Of a stretch of 64,000 nucleotides of DNA, positions 1 to 11,162 are shown in pieces (the first letter of the stretch is position 1; every line of letters starts with the position of its first letter). This stretch comes from an uncultured Chloroflexia bacterium. GTDB lineage: Bacteria > Chloroflexota > Limnocylindria > Limnocylindrales > CSP1-4. The notes beneath the pieces are model-generated. The model did no database searches. It was not told the origin of the DNA and was given only the letters and a program-made list of their open reading frames with translations. Location: NCBI GenBank assembly GCA_963768655.1, contig CAVYIM010000005.1:384001-448000 (forward strand), written 5' to 3'. Both the position numbers and the translations under genes were made by a program.

Positions 1-502
1 CTTCCTCGACCGGGCCCATGTGCGTTTTGAACATCAGGTTGAACTGCCGCGGAGCCGACAGCGGGCCCGCGTCCGCCGGGCACTTCAGGCCGAGGCGCTC
101 GACGATCGTCGGGTCGCGGAGCTCCGTGGTCGTCAGGTTCTCGCAGCCGGGCAATTCGTCGAGGCGAAAGCGCCGCCGGCAGGTCTGGCACTCGACGAGA
201 GGGTCGCTGAAGCTGGCGACGTGGCCGGATGTGACCCACACCTGCGGCGCCATGATGATGCCGGCGTCCAGGCCGACGATGTCGTCCCGCTCCTGGACCA
301 TCGCCCGCCACCACGCCCGTTTGACGTTGTTCTTCAGCTCCACGCCGAGTGGCCCGTAGTCCCACACGGCGTTGATGCCGCCGTAGATCTCCGAGCTCGG
401 GAATATGAAGCCACGCCGCTTGGACAGCGACACGATCGTTTCCAGGTTGGCGACGGACGGTCCCGGGTCGTCGGCCGGAGTTGTCGGCTGGGCGGCGGTC
501 AC
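1..502 (-). CDS. glyQS: Glycine--tRNA ligase, homodimeric (GlyQS type); 5' part only, runs off the window
   Basis: Manual minus-strand translation gives [20 protein letters not shown]...[15 protein letters not shown]...[14 protein letters not shown]...RQFNLMFKT; GTG at 502 with GAGGAG RBS. Confidence 0.93.
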   Translation of the reverse strand, partial: MTAAQPTTPADDPGPSVANLETIVSLSKRRGFIFPSSEIYGGINAVWDYGPLGVELKNNVKRAWWRAMVQERDDIVGLDAGIIMAPQVWVTSGHVASFSDPLVECQTCRRRFRLDELPGCENLTTTELRDPTIVERLGLKCPADAGPLSAPRQFNLMFKTHMGPVEE

Positions 503-826
503 GGTTGTCTCCTCGGCACAGGCGGTCGAAACTTCCTGCGAGTTGCTTGTCGTACGGAAGACGGGCAGGCGGGCCGAACGGGCGAACGATCGACCCGTTC
601 GAACGGTCGAACCTTCGGGCCGCAATTCTCGCACGAGCGCGGTGCCCCGGGGCGCGCAGAGAGCGCGGGCGGTCATCATGGCTGAGCGTCGCCACCTATC
701 CCGCGAAAGTGGTTGGGCATCAAGGCAGCGCGGTTACTCTTCTGGAGGGCTCGCGTACCCGCTCGCCCGGAGTGATAATGGGTGGCAAGGCTATGGGGGT
801 GGATACACCAGAGGTAGGCTGACGAT

Positions 827-1396
827 ATGAACGTCCAGCATCCAGTCCTGGGAGATTGCGCCGCCATCCCGTACGATCGCACCCGCAAGTTCACCGGCAT
901 CCTCATATGTCTGGCAATCATCGTCGTTGGACTTGCCACGATCGTGATCGGGATCCCGCCCGTGATCGGGATCGTGCTCGTGGTCATCGGCGTGCTCCTG
1001 GCTCTGGAGACCGTTCGAAGGCTCCGAATGGAGATCTGCCTGCTTCTCGGGGACACTGGCTTCGAGGCATTCCCCGGGATCGGCCCGGTCTTCTGGCGGG
1101 ATGTCGCCCTGATCGGAGTCGGGAAGCTGCGCTGGAACCCGTTCACGCGCACTCGTGTCGTGCTCGTGCAACTGGCGCACCCGGACGAGTTCCTCGCCGG
1201 CCACAAGCTGAACTTCGTCCGAAAGCTGGTCCTGCGCCTGGATCTCCGCCTCCAGCACGGGAACCTGGGCGTGAACATGAGCCAGGCCGCGACTTCAGCG
1301 GGGAAGACAGCCGGACTGATGGAGGCGCGGTTGTGGGCGTCTCGCCAGTCTGCTTCCGGCCAGTCGACGGCGCCGACCGCGACTAAGCCCGCCTGA
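827..1396 (+). CDS. Hypothetical membrane protein, two N-terminal TM helices plus a soluble domain (STM3941-like pattern)
   Basis: 189 aa ORF with hydrophobic hairpin ILICLAIIVVG...VIGIVLVVIGVLLAL then GIGPVFWRDV...LVQLAHPDEFL; GAGGTAGG RBS; family call from recalled pattern only. Confidence 0.6.
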   Translation: MNVQHPVLGDCAAIPYDRTRKFTGILICLAIIVVGLATIVIGIPPVIGIVLVVIGVLLALETVRRLRMEICLLLGDTGFEAFPGIGPVFWRDVALIGVGKLRWNPFTRTRVVLVQLAHPDEFLAGHKLNFVRKLVLRLDLRLQHGNLGVNMSQAATSAGKTAGLMEARLWASRQSASGQSTAPTATKPA

Positions 1397-2174
1397 GATC
1401 CGGATTCGGGCTGCCGGCCCGACGCACCTCGTCCAGGAATTCGAGCGAGCGGGCATCGCGCTCCAGGGAGACGCGCAGGAAATCCCGCATCGCGGCCTCG
1501 ACCTCGCGTTCCACCGCGGCCGGCAATCGGAGCGCGGCCAGCGCCTCCACATCCAGCCGCTGATACGCCTTCAGCAGCTTGAGCGCATCCACCGACAGGC
1601 CGGCGCGCTCCGCCGGCGGCCCCGGGCAGCGGTGGCAGAGCACGCCGCCCAGCGGCGGCACCCAGCGGAAGCTTTCGTCCGCCTCGAGCATGCGGTCGCA
1701 TTCGACGCAGCGGTCAACCTCGGGCCGCACGCCCAGCTCGTCGGCCAGATGCATCTCGTACCAGCGAGCGACCCGCCCCGACTCCATGCCGGCGTCCAGC
1801 AGCTCGTAGGCGCGGCGCAGCAGCGCGTACAGCCCTTCGGCCTCGTGGCGCTCCTCCAGGGAGCGGTCTGCCAGCTCGGCGAGGTACCAGGCCGTGGCGG
1901 CGGACTCGAGCGAGTCGCGCAGGCGGAGCCAGGCGTGTGTGACCTCCACCTGGGTCACCACGTCGAAGGTTCGGCCGCGGGCCAGTGCGACCCTCAGCTC
2001 CGCCAGCGGTTCGAGCGCCCCGCCCAGCCGGCTGGTTGGCCGGCGAACGCCCTTGGCGATCGCCTTGAACTTGCCGTGTACGGGCGTGAGGAGCGTCATG
2101 ATCCGATCCGCCTCGCCGTAGTCGAAGCGGGACAGAACGATGGCATCGGTCACGTACAGGCGCGAGCTGGGCAC
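1383..2174 (-). CDS. recO: DNA repair protein RecO
   Basis: AIVLSRFDYGEADRI...AIAKGVRRP N-terminal OB fold; CxxC...CxxC zinc finger. Confidence 0.95.
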   Translation of the reverse strand: MPSSRLYVTDAIVLSRFDYGEADRIMTLLTPVHGKFKAIAKGVRRPTSRLGGALEPLAELRVALARGRTFDVVTQVEVTHAWLRLRDSLESAATAWYLAELADRSLEERHEAEGLYALLRRAYELLDAGMESGRVARWYEMHLADELGVRPEVDRCVECDRMLEADESFRWVPPLGGVLCHRCPGPPAERAGLSVDALKLLKAYQRLDVEALAALRLPAAVEREVEAAMRDFLRVSLERDARSLEFLDEVRRAGSPNPDLRRA

Positions 2175-2292
2175 GCGACCACGCTACCACGCCGAGTCGC
2201 AAGAGCTGGGGCGCGATGCCGGCGCGCCGCGGGTCAACGCCGGGGCGCGACGCCGGCGCGCGGCCGGTTCACGGCGGGGCTAAGCTGGCGCA

Positions 2293-2892
2293 ATGGACGA
2301 CAAGACAGCCCACCACGACTACACCGTCCCCCAGCCCCGCACCGATCGGACGCGCATCCGCCGGCACGCCGATCGCGCAGTTCCGGACCGGATCGAGGAA
2401 TTCCTGCGGGCCGGGCTGGTGGCTCATGTCGCCTACGTGGACGGCGGCGAGCCGCGCACGATCCCGTTCTTCTACCACTACGAGGCAGGGCACATCTACA
2501 TCCACGGATCTCCCGGCAACGGCACGCTGCGCGCCCTCGAGGACGGGCGACCCGTCGCCGTCTCCGTCGCCATCCTCGATGCCCTGGTCGCCTCGAAGAC
2601 CGGGCCCAACCATTCGGCCAACTACCGCAGTGTGGTCGTCTTCGGCCGCTGCCACCGCGTCTCCGACCTGAGGCGCAAGCGTCGCGTCCTGGCGGCCACG
2701 ACCGAGCGCTATTTCCCGGGCCGGCATCCGGAGCAAGACTACGAGCCGGCCAGCGACGACGACCTGACTCGGATGGAGCTCCTGGCGATCGAGATCGAGG
2801 AGGCCCAGGCGAAGACTCGATCCGGCGGCCCGATGGGCCCGACCGACGAGGACGCCGACGCGCCCGGCTCGGCCTTCGTTCGGCCGGTCTGA
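2293..2892 (+). CDS. Pyridoxamine 5'-phosphate oxidase-like / flavin-nucleotide-binding protein (NimA-like)
   Basis: VAHVAYVDGGEPRTIP, IYIHGS, HSANYRSVVVFG motifs. Confidence 0.85.
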   Translation: MDDKTAHHDYTVPQPRTDRTRIRRHADRAVPDRIEEFLRAGLVAHVAYVDGGEPRTIPFFYHYEAGHIYIHGSPGNGTLRALEDGRPVAVSVAILDALVASKTGPNHSANYRSVVVFGRCHRVSDLRRKRRVLAATTERYFPGRHPEQDYEPASDDDLTRMELLAIEIEEAQAKTRSGGPMGPTDEDADAPGSAFVRPV

Positions 2893-3023
2893 GTTCGGGC
2901 GGTGGAGCCCTGATTTCGGGCTATGAGCCTCGTTGGCTCCGTCCTCCGCCCGTCTGACGAGGCTGTTGGGCCTGTGCGCGCGCGAAGGCTCGGATTCTGA
3001 AAGCGGATTGTTATGATCCGCCA

Positions 3024-4037
3024 GTGCAAGGCCGCGTAGTTCTGCCCGACCTGATTTCCGACACGGAGCAGGAGATCCTGCGCCTGCTGTCCGTGCGCGA
3101 CGGCCCCACCGCCGGGCTCTACGAGATGATGCGCTATCACCTCGGCCTGGACGCCAGCGGCTCGTCCGGAAAACGGATGCGGCCGCTCCTCGGGCTGCTC
3201 GCCTACTCCTCGATCAAGGGCGACTACCACGCCGCGCTGCCCGGTGCGGCCGCCGTGGAGCTGGGCCACAACTTCAGCCTCGTCCACGACGACATCGAGG
3301 ATGGCGACCGGGAAAGGCGCCACCGGGCGACGCTGTGGGCGGTCCACGGCATCCCGCAGGCTATCAACGCCGGCGACATGCTCTTCACCTTGAGCCGCGT
3401 TGCCCTTCACCGCCTGACAGATCTCGGCTTCTCCGACGCCAAGGTGCTGCGGTTGATGCGCCTCTACGACATGACGTGCCTGGCGCTGTGCGAGGGCCAG
3501 TACCTCGACATCTGGGCCAGTGAGCGTACGGAGCCGATGTCGGTGGAGCTCTACTTCGACATGATCGGGCGCAAGACGGCGGCGCTCATCGCAGCTTCAG
3601 TCGAGGCCGGCGCGGTGCTCGCGACCGACGACGAGGAGATCGTCGCCCGCTACCGCGCATTCGGTTGGGCCCTGGGCGTGGCCTTCCAGCTAAACGACGA
3701 CCTGCTCGGGATCTGGGGCGACCAGGCGAAGACGGGCAAGGAACCCACAGATGTCGCCCGGCACAAGATGACGCTGCCGGTGATATACGCCTTCGAACAT
3801 GCCGGTCCGGAAGACCGGGCCCGGCTCGACGCGGTCTGGCGGACGGACGTGCCGCACGACGGCCAGGTCGCCGAAGCGGTCGCGCTGATCGAGCGGCTGG
3901 GGGGCCGCGACTACACGCGCGACCAGGCCCGTCAGCATCGCGACCGAGCCTTGGCCGAGCTGGAGGCGGCCGGCGTCGTTGACGCCGAGGCGCTGGAGTC
4001 GCTCCGCGGCATCATCGTGGGCGTGATCAAAGCCTGA
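3024..4037 (+). CDS. Polyprenyl diphosphate synthase (probable GGPP synthase)
   Basis: GKRMRP, first DDxxD motif (HDDIEDGD...RRHR), GQYLD, KT, second motif FQLNDDLLG. Confidence 0.92.
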   Translation: MQGRVVLPDLISDTEQEILRLLSVRDGPTAGLYEMMRYHLGLDASGSSGKRMRPLLGLLAYSSIKGDYHAALPGAAAVELGHNFSLVHDDIEDGDRERRHRATLWAVHGIPQAINAGDMLFTLSRVALHRLTDLGFSDAKVLRLMRLYDMTCLALCEGQYLDIWASERTEPMSVELYFDMIGRKTAALIAASVEAGAVLATDDEEIVARYRAFGWALGVAFQLNDDLLGIWGDQAKTGKEPTDVARHKMTLPVIYAFEHAGPEDRARLDAVWRTDVPHDGQVAEAVALIERLGGRDYTRDQARQHRDRALAELEAAGVVDAEALESLRGIIVGVIKA

Positions 4038-4222
4038 TCGGGCCGGCGACGGGCGCCGCAGCCGGACCGCGGCGAGCGGCCCCGGCGGCGGACGCCGCGG
4101 CGAACGAACGGACCGGGGCGCCGGCGAACGAACGGACCGGGGGCCGCGGCGAGCGAACGGCCCGCGCCACGGCCCTGAATCGCCAGCGGCCGGCGACGCG
4201 TGGGTCCAGCGAGACCGTCCTC

Positions 4223-4426
4223 GCCGAATTCCCACTAAGAGGACGTTGGGCAAGCCGCGGGAGCCGGCCGCGTCCCAGAGAGTGGCGCGAAGACACTGCC
4301 CGACGTCCGATCGGCCGGAATCGGGCGAAATCGATCAAGATGGCGCGATTCCCGGCAATCGAGGAATAGCAGGGCCGTTGGAGATACGGAGAACCTTGCC
4401 TAACGTCCGCCTGATGGGAATTCGGC
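4223..4426. repeat. About 204 bp element bounded by 32 bp imperfect terminal inverted repeats (MITE-like)
   Basis: gccgaattcccactaagaggacgttgggcaag (4223-4254) vs reverse complement of 4395-4426 (gccgaattcccatcaggcggacgttaggcaag). Confidence 0.6.
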
Positions 4427-4430
4427 ACTT

Positions 4431-4672
4431 TCGACCGCCCGCGCCCGGGTCACCGAGCCCCGGGTCGACCGCCCGCGCCTGCGCCCGGGCCACCGAGCCA
4501 CGGGTCGACCGCCCGCGCCCGGGTCACCGAGCCCCGGGTCGACCGCCCGCGCCTGCGCCCGGGCCACCGAGCCACGGGTCGACCGCCCGCGCCCGGGCCA
4601 CCGAGCCCCGGGTCGACCGCCCGCGCCCGCGCCCACGTCAGGACCACCGAGCCCGGGTCGACCGCCCGCGCC
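4431..4672. repeat. GC-rich tandem repeat, 7 copies of TCGACCGCCCGCGCC core, alternating 34/40 bp period
   Basis: Core at about 4431, 4465, 4505, 4539, 4579, 4613, 4658; linker CGGG(T/C)CACCGAGCC(C/A)CGGG nearly invariant. Confidence 0.9.
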
Positions 4673-4717
4673 ACTGCGCCCCGCTCCCCCTCGTCGCCCC
4701 TCCCCCACCGCGCGACC

Positions 4718-6069
<1,352 letters not shown>

Positions 6070-6073
<4 letters not shown>

Positions 6074-7464
6074 TCGGCCTTGTCTGGCGGCTCACCGCCC
6101 GGTGGGCGAGGCTTTCGGAGACGGGCCGGAACGCCCAGCGCCAGCATTCCGGCAGGCACATCTTTGGTCACCACGGCGCCGGCGCCGGTGCGGGCGTCGT
6201 CCCCCAGCTCGACCGGGGCGACGAGCATCGTGTCCGAGCCCAGGAAGACGCGCTTGCCGACCTTGGTCTTGTGCTTTCGGACGCCGTCGAAGTTGCACGT
6301 GATCGTGCCGGCGCCGACGTTCGTCTTCTCGCCCAGGACCGCGTCGCCGATGTAGCTGAAGTGGTGCTGCTGGACGCCGGGCTCCAGGCGGCTGGCCTTG
6401 ACCTCGGCGAAGTTACCGAGCCTGGCCCTGCGCCCGATCGACGAGCCGGGCCGCAGGTGCGAGAAAGGCCCGACGTGGACCTCGTCCTCGACTTCGGAGC
6501 TCTCGAGAATGCTGGCCCAGATCACGCAGTCCCGGCCTACAACGGTGTCGATGATCTGGCTGCCGGCCCCGATGCGCGTCCCGGAGCCCACGCGCGTGGC
6601 CCCGCGCAGGATGACGTTCGGCTCGATGGTCACGTCTTCCGCCAGCTCGACCGTGGCGTCTATGCACACGCTGCCCGGGTCCGTCATCGTCACCCCGGAC
6701 ATCATGTGGGCCTCGTTGATGGCCATCCGGAGCTCGAACTCGGCCTCGGCCAGTTGAGCCCGGTCGTTGATCCCGTTCAGCGTGCCGTCGTCCTCGACGA
6801 CGAGAGATACCGCCGGCCGGTGATCCTGACGCGCCAGCTCGACCAGCGCCGGCAGGTAGTACTCGTCGGAAACGGGCGACGGCTGCACGTCCCCGATCCG
6901 GCCTCGGAGCCAGGCTGCGTCGAAGGCGTAGATGCCGGCGTTGATCTCGTCGACCTGGAGCTCCTCGGGCGACGCGTCCTTCTGCTCGACGACACGCACG
7001 ACCTGCCGGCCGTCGTCGGTGCGGATCACGCGGCCCAGGCCCCCCGGATCGAGGGCGTGGACGCTGACGATGGCCATGACCGCTGCCCGGGCCCGCCGCA
7101 GGTCGACCAGCTCCGCCAGCAAATCAGGGTCCACCAGGGGCACGTCGCCCGAGAGGACCAGCACCTCGGCGGCGTCCGCGGGCGCGACCGCGAGCGCGGC
7201 TTTGAGCGCGTCCGCCGTGCCCAGTGGCTTCTCCTGAAGGGCGAAGTCGGCGCGATCGGCGAAGACTTCGGTGATCGCCGCGGTCGGCGGGGAGTAGACG
7301 ACGAGCGGCCGGCGATGGCCTGCGTCCTCTGCCGCGTCCAGCACGTACGCCAGCATCGGGCGACCGCACAACTCGTGCAGGACCTTGGGTTTGCTCGACT
7401 TCATGCGCGTCCCGAGACCGGCGGCGAGCACGACCGGAAGGACGCTTTGCGGGGTCTGGCTCAT
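6070..7464 (-). CDS. glmU: Bifunctional UDP-GlcNAc pyrophosphorylase / glucosamine-1-phosphate acetyltransferase
   Basis: LAAGLGTRMKSSKPKVLH, EINAGIY, hexapeptide repeats, GNFAEVK, NVGAGTITCNFDG; start taken at ATG 7464. Confidence 0.96.
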
Positions 7465-7540
7465 GGCATCGGACGGTAGCACGGAACTACGCCATCGCGC
7501 GAGGTGGCGCGGGGCCGGCCGGGCCGGCAAGGGCGGCGGT

Positions 7541-7924
7541 TCAGCCGGCGCGGCGTGCGATCGCCTCGATCTCGATCAGGGCGCCGCGCGGCAGGGCGGC
7601 CACCTGAACCGTGCTCCGAGCCGGCGCCGGCGCACCAACGTGTCTCGCGTAGATCTCGTTGACGGTCGAGAAGTCGGCGAGATCGGCCAGGAAGATGGTT
7701 GTCTTGACCAAGTCGGCAAGCGATGCGCCGGCGGCTGCGAGGACCGCCTCCAGGTTCACCATCGCCCTTTCCGCTTGACTGGCGATGCCGTCGGGCAGCT
7801 GGCCCGTGGCCGGGTCCATGCCGAGCTGGCCGGAGCAGAAGACGAAGCCGTCGATGGCGATGGCCTGGCTGTACGGGCCGATGGCGGCCGGCGCCCCGGG
7901 GGTGGATATCTCCTGGCGAGGCAT
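7541..7924 (-). CDS. ridA: RidA/YjgF enamine-imine deaminase
   Basis: APAAIGPYSQA, SGQLG, PARSTVQVAALP, IEIEAIA. Confidence 0.95.
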   Translation of the reverse strand: MPRQEISTPGAPAAIGPYSQAIAIDGFVFCSGQLGMDPATGQLPDGIASQAERAMVNLEAVLAAAGASLADLVKTTIFLADLADFSTVNEIYARHVGAPAPARSTVQVAALPRGALIEIEAIARRAG

Positions 7925-7929
7925 CGTGG

Positions 7930-9021
7930 CTACCTACCTTTCGAGATGATGCGCTCATCATTGTGAGCGCCCGCGGGCCCGACGTGGCGCCCGGACGGGA
8001 AAATCGTCGTCGCCGCGACGAACGGCTCGCCGTCGCCTATGGCCGGGAGAGTCCCGTTGCAGATTCCGACGCGGACGAAACGAGCGGCCCGGCGCGCCTC
8101 CGCGAGCGAGGCGTAGAGAACCCAGGCCGAAGGACCCGAGCCCGACTGGCCGACTGGGCGGCCGAGTAAACGCCCGAGCCCGACCCGGAACGAGGTCAGC
8201 GGCGGGGCCACTTCGAGCGCCGCCGGAAGGAGATCGTTGGCGGCGACGAGCTCCTCCGCCCTCGCGAGGAGCGCGGCGGCGGGCAGCCCCGCCCGCATGT
8301 CGGCCGCGAGGCGCTCGGAGATGGCGAAGGCGGAGGCGGGACCCGACGCGGTTTCGGGGCGGGCGCCGCCGGCGTACGCGGCGAAGACGGCCGGCGTCGA
8401 GACGGGCAGTCGCGGCGTGACGAGCAGCACGGCCGGAGCCTCTCCATCGAGATCGGGCAACGGCTCGACGAGCTCGCCGCGGCCGGTGACGAGGGCCGCG
8501 CCTCCGGCGAGGAAGAACGGCACGTCCGAGCCGAGCGCGGCGGCGATGGCGCCGACGGTCTCCGCGGCGAGCCTGGCGCCCCACGCCTCGAGTGCCGCGG
8601 CCACCGTCGCCGCCGCGTCGCTGCTGCCGCCGCCCAGGCCCGCCGCCACGGGTATGCGTTTGGTCAGCCGCGCCGCCAGGGGCGGTAGCGTGCCGGCAGG
8701 AGCGGCCCTCGAAGCCTCGACCACTGCGCGAACCGCAGTCAGGGCCCGCAGGACCAGGTTTTCGGGCCGTGGCCCGACTGCCAGCCCCCTGACCGCCAGC
8801 GAGTCGGGCCGACCGGCGGCCCCCACGGCGACTTCGATCGCATCGCCGAATCCCAGCGGAACCATGACCGAGTGCAGGGCGTGGAAGCCATCGGCGCGCC
8901 GCCCGGTCACGGCCAGCGTCAGGTTGAGCTTGGCTGGGGCGACGCGCCGCACGCGGACGCGGTCCGGCACGGCCGAGCGGGCGGCCGGCCACGCCACGCG
9001 GCTCGCCGCGCCTCCGCTCAT
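7930..9021 (-). CDS. ispE: 4-diphosphocytidyl-2-C-methyl-D-erythritol kinase
   Basis: APAKLNLTL, KRIPVAAGLGGGSSDAAA, LGSDVPFFL, SGSGP; ATG 9021 overlaps rsmA stop (ATGA). Confidence 0.94.
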   Translation of the reverse strand: MSGGAASRVAWPAARSAVPDRVRVRRVAPAKLNLTLAVTGRRADGFHALHSVMVPLGFGDAIEVAVGAAGRPDSLAVRGLAVGPRPENLVLRALTAVRAVVEASRAAPAGTLPPLAARLTKRIPVAAGLGGGSSDAAATVAAALEAWGARLAAETVGAIAAALGSDVPFFLAGGAALVTGRGELVEPLPDLDGEAPAVLLVTPRLPVSTPAVFAAYAGGARPETASGPASAFAISERLAADMRAGLPAAALLARAEELVAANDLLPAALEVAPPLTSFRVGLGRLLGRPVGQSGSGPSAWVLYASLAEARRAARFVRVGICNGTLPAIGDGEPFVAATTIFPSGRHVGPAGAHNDERIISKGR

Positions 9022-10094
9022 CGTCGCCATTTCCTCGCCTCGACGACGGCGGCGCGGCTTCGCGCCGACCGAGCCTGCGCGGCGGTCTCGGCGGGCGACA
9101 TCGCCTCGGGCAGCGGCCCCAGCGCCGCGCGAAGCGCGAGCCACTCCCCCACCGAGAGCGTCTGCGGCCGCCGCTCCCCGTCGATGCCGCACGCCGCCAG
9201 CGCCGCGTCAATGCGCGCGCCCGGTACCGCCAGCTGGCGGACCAGCACGTTGCGCAGCATCTTGCGCCGCTCGCGGAAGCCGGCCTGCACCACCCGCCAG
9301 AGATCGCCCTCCTCCGCGGCCGAGAGGCGCGGCGCCTCGTCGGGCGGATCGACCGGCACGATCTCGACCACCGCCGAGTCGACTTCGGGCGCCGGCTCGA
9401 ACGCATCGCGCGGCACCACGAAGGCGACGCGGACGGCGGCGTGGAACTGGACGAAGACCGACAGGTAGCTCATCTCGCCGGGCGCGGCCGAGATCCGCTC
9501 CGCAACCTCCCGCTGCACCATCAGGACCAGGTGCGCCGGCCGGGGCGCCGAGCCCAGAAAGCGGTGCAGGATCGGGCTGGTGATGTGGTACGGCACGTTG
9601 GCCACCACATCGAACGGCGGCGTCATCAGCTCGGCGATCTTCTGGTCGAGGATGTCGCCCTGGACGAGCTTCAGCGCGCCCGAAGCGATCGCTTCCTCCT
9701 GCACCCGGCCGAGGCGTCCGGCCAGCCGCCGGTCGAGCTCGACCGCGGTGACGCATGCTCCCCCGGCCAGCAGGCCTCCGGTCAGGATTCCAAGCCCCGG
9801 CCCGATCTCCAGGATTCGCCGCCCCGGCTCAGGCGCGGCCAGATCCAGGATCGACTGCAGCACGTCCGGATCGGCCAGGAAGTTCTGCGACAGCGAGTGG
9901 CGGGCGGTGATGCCCTCCCCGCGCAGCTGCCGCCGCACCGCCAGCGGATCGAGCCGCGGCACCCTGGGCGCGGCCGACGCTGGCCCCGGGGCCGCTGGGC
10001 GCGGGGCCGCCGGGCCCGGGCTCGCGGCCGCCGCCCCTCGGTCTCCGGTGGCACCGGGCGCTCCGGTCGGTTCGGGCTCAGGCGACTCGTTCAC
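9018..10094 (-). CDS. rsmA: 16S rRNA m6,2A dimethyltransferase KsgA
   Basis: SLSQNFL, LEIGPGLG, VANVPYHITSP, MVQREVAER, PAPEVDSAV; GTG 10094 overlaps tsaD stop. Confidence 0.95.
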   Translation of the reverse strand: MNESPEPEPTGAPGATGDRGAAAASPGPAAPRPAAPGPASAAPRVPRLDPLAVRRQLRGEGITARHSLSQNFLADPDVLQSILDLAAPEPGRRILEIGPGLGILTGGLLAGGACVTAVELDRRLAGRLGRVQEEAIASGALKLVQGDILDQKIAELMTPPFDVVANVPYHITSPILHRFLGSAPRPAHLVLMVQREVAERISAAPGEMSYLSVFVQFHAAVRVAFVVPRDAFEPAPEVDSAVVEIVPVDPPDEAPRLSAAEEGDLWRVVQAGFRERRKMLRNVLVRQLAVPGARIDAALAACGIDGERRPQTLSVGEWLALRAALGPLPEAMSPAETAAQARSARSRAAVVEARKWRR

Positions 10095-11152
10095 CGGCGA
10101 GCCAGCGGCAGTGACGGCTTCGCGTCCAAGTCCAGGCCGGCCCGCGTCCCAGCTTCGAACCGCCGCGCGGCGGCGGCCCCGATCATCGCCCCGTTGTCGG
10201 TGCAGAGCGCCGGCCGCGGCACCACCAACGGCATCCCAGCCGCCGCCGCCGCGGCCGCCAGCCGGTCTCGCAGCACCCGGTTCGCCGCCACGCCGCCGCC
10301 GAGCACCACCGACCGCGCCCCGGCCACCCGGGCGGCCCGTATCGTCTTGGTCACGAGCACGTCCACGACCGAATCCTGGAAGCCCTCCGCAAGCTCCGCC
10401 ACGCGATCGTCCCCGAGCGGCGCCTCGCCGGCGGAGGTCCCCTGCCCGCCCGTCTCGGCCGAGATCGTTCGCCGCGCCGCGGTCTTGAGGCCGCTGAAGC
10501 TGAAGTCGAACGTGTCGCCCAGCCAGGCCCGCGGGAAGACGACGTCGTGGCGCGTCGCACCGGCCGCGGCCTTCATGATCTCGGGCCCGCCCGGATACGG
10601 CAGGCCCAGCAGCCGTCCGACCTTGTCGAAGGCCTCGCCGGCCGCGTCGTCGACCGTCTCGCCCAGCAGCCGGTACGCCAGGTGATCGCGCATCTCGACC
10701 AGGAACGTGTGCCCGCCAGAGACGATCAGCGCCACGAGCGGGAAGATCGGCTCCGGAACTTCGCGCGCTTCGTCCACAAGCCAGGCCGCGTAGAGATGAC
10801 CCTCCAGGTGGTTGACCGGGACGAGCGGCTTGCCGTGGACGTAGGCGAGCGTCTTGGCGAAGTTGATGCCGACGAGCAGCGAGCCGGCCAGCCCGGGCCC
10901 GTCGGTGACGGCCACGGCGGAGATGTCGTCCCACGTGACCCCGGCCGCCGCCCAGGCCTCGTCCAGCACCGGCACGATCCAGCGCAGGTGGGCCCGCGCC
11001 GCCACTTCCGGGACGATCCCGCCCGCCGCCGCGTGCATGGCGACCTGGCTGGCCACGACGTTGGAGTGGATCAGCCGCCCATTCTCCACAACGGCGATGC
11101 CGGTCTCGTCGCAGCTCGATTCGACCGCCAGGATCAGGCCGCCGCTCGTCAC
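10091..11152 (-). CDS. tsaD: tRNA N6-threonylcarbamoyltransferase TsaD
   Basis: ILAVESSCDETG, GGIVPEVAARAH, NHLEGH, SGGHT, DDAAGEAFDK, CTDNGAMI. Confidence 0.96.
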   Translation of the reverse strand: MTSGGLILAVESSCDETGIAVVENGRLIHSNVVASQVAMHAAAGGIVPEVAARAHLRWIVPVLDEAWAAAGVTWDDISAVAVTDGPGLAGSLLVGINFAKTLAYVHGKPLVPVNHLEGHLYAAWLVDEAREVPEPIFPLVALIVSGGHTFLVEMRDHLAYRLLGETVDDAAGEAFDKVGRLLGLPYPGGPEIMKAAAGATRHDVVFPRAWLGDTFDFSFSGLKTAARRTISAETGGQGTSAGEAPLGDDRVAELAEGFQDSVVDVLVTKTIRAARVAGARSVVLGGGVAANRVLRDRLAAAAAAAGMPLVVPRPALCTDNGAMIGAAAARRFEAGTRAGLDLDAKPSLPLARR

Positions 11153-11162
11153 GACGACTTCC

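Noticed and set aside
503-826. T-box riboswitch upstream of glyQS
   Set aside because: Only weak partial matches (GATAGGTGGCGACGC, GGGGCACCGCG); no full T-box consensus, specifier stem or terminator.
4431-4672. CRISPR array
   Set aside because: Inter-repeat sequences are near-identical and too short to be spacers; no cas genes.
9018-10934. 638 aa extended KsgA
   Set aside because: The N-terminal part is an alternative frame over tsaD; the real start is GTG 10094.
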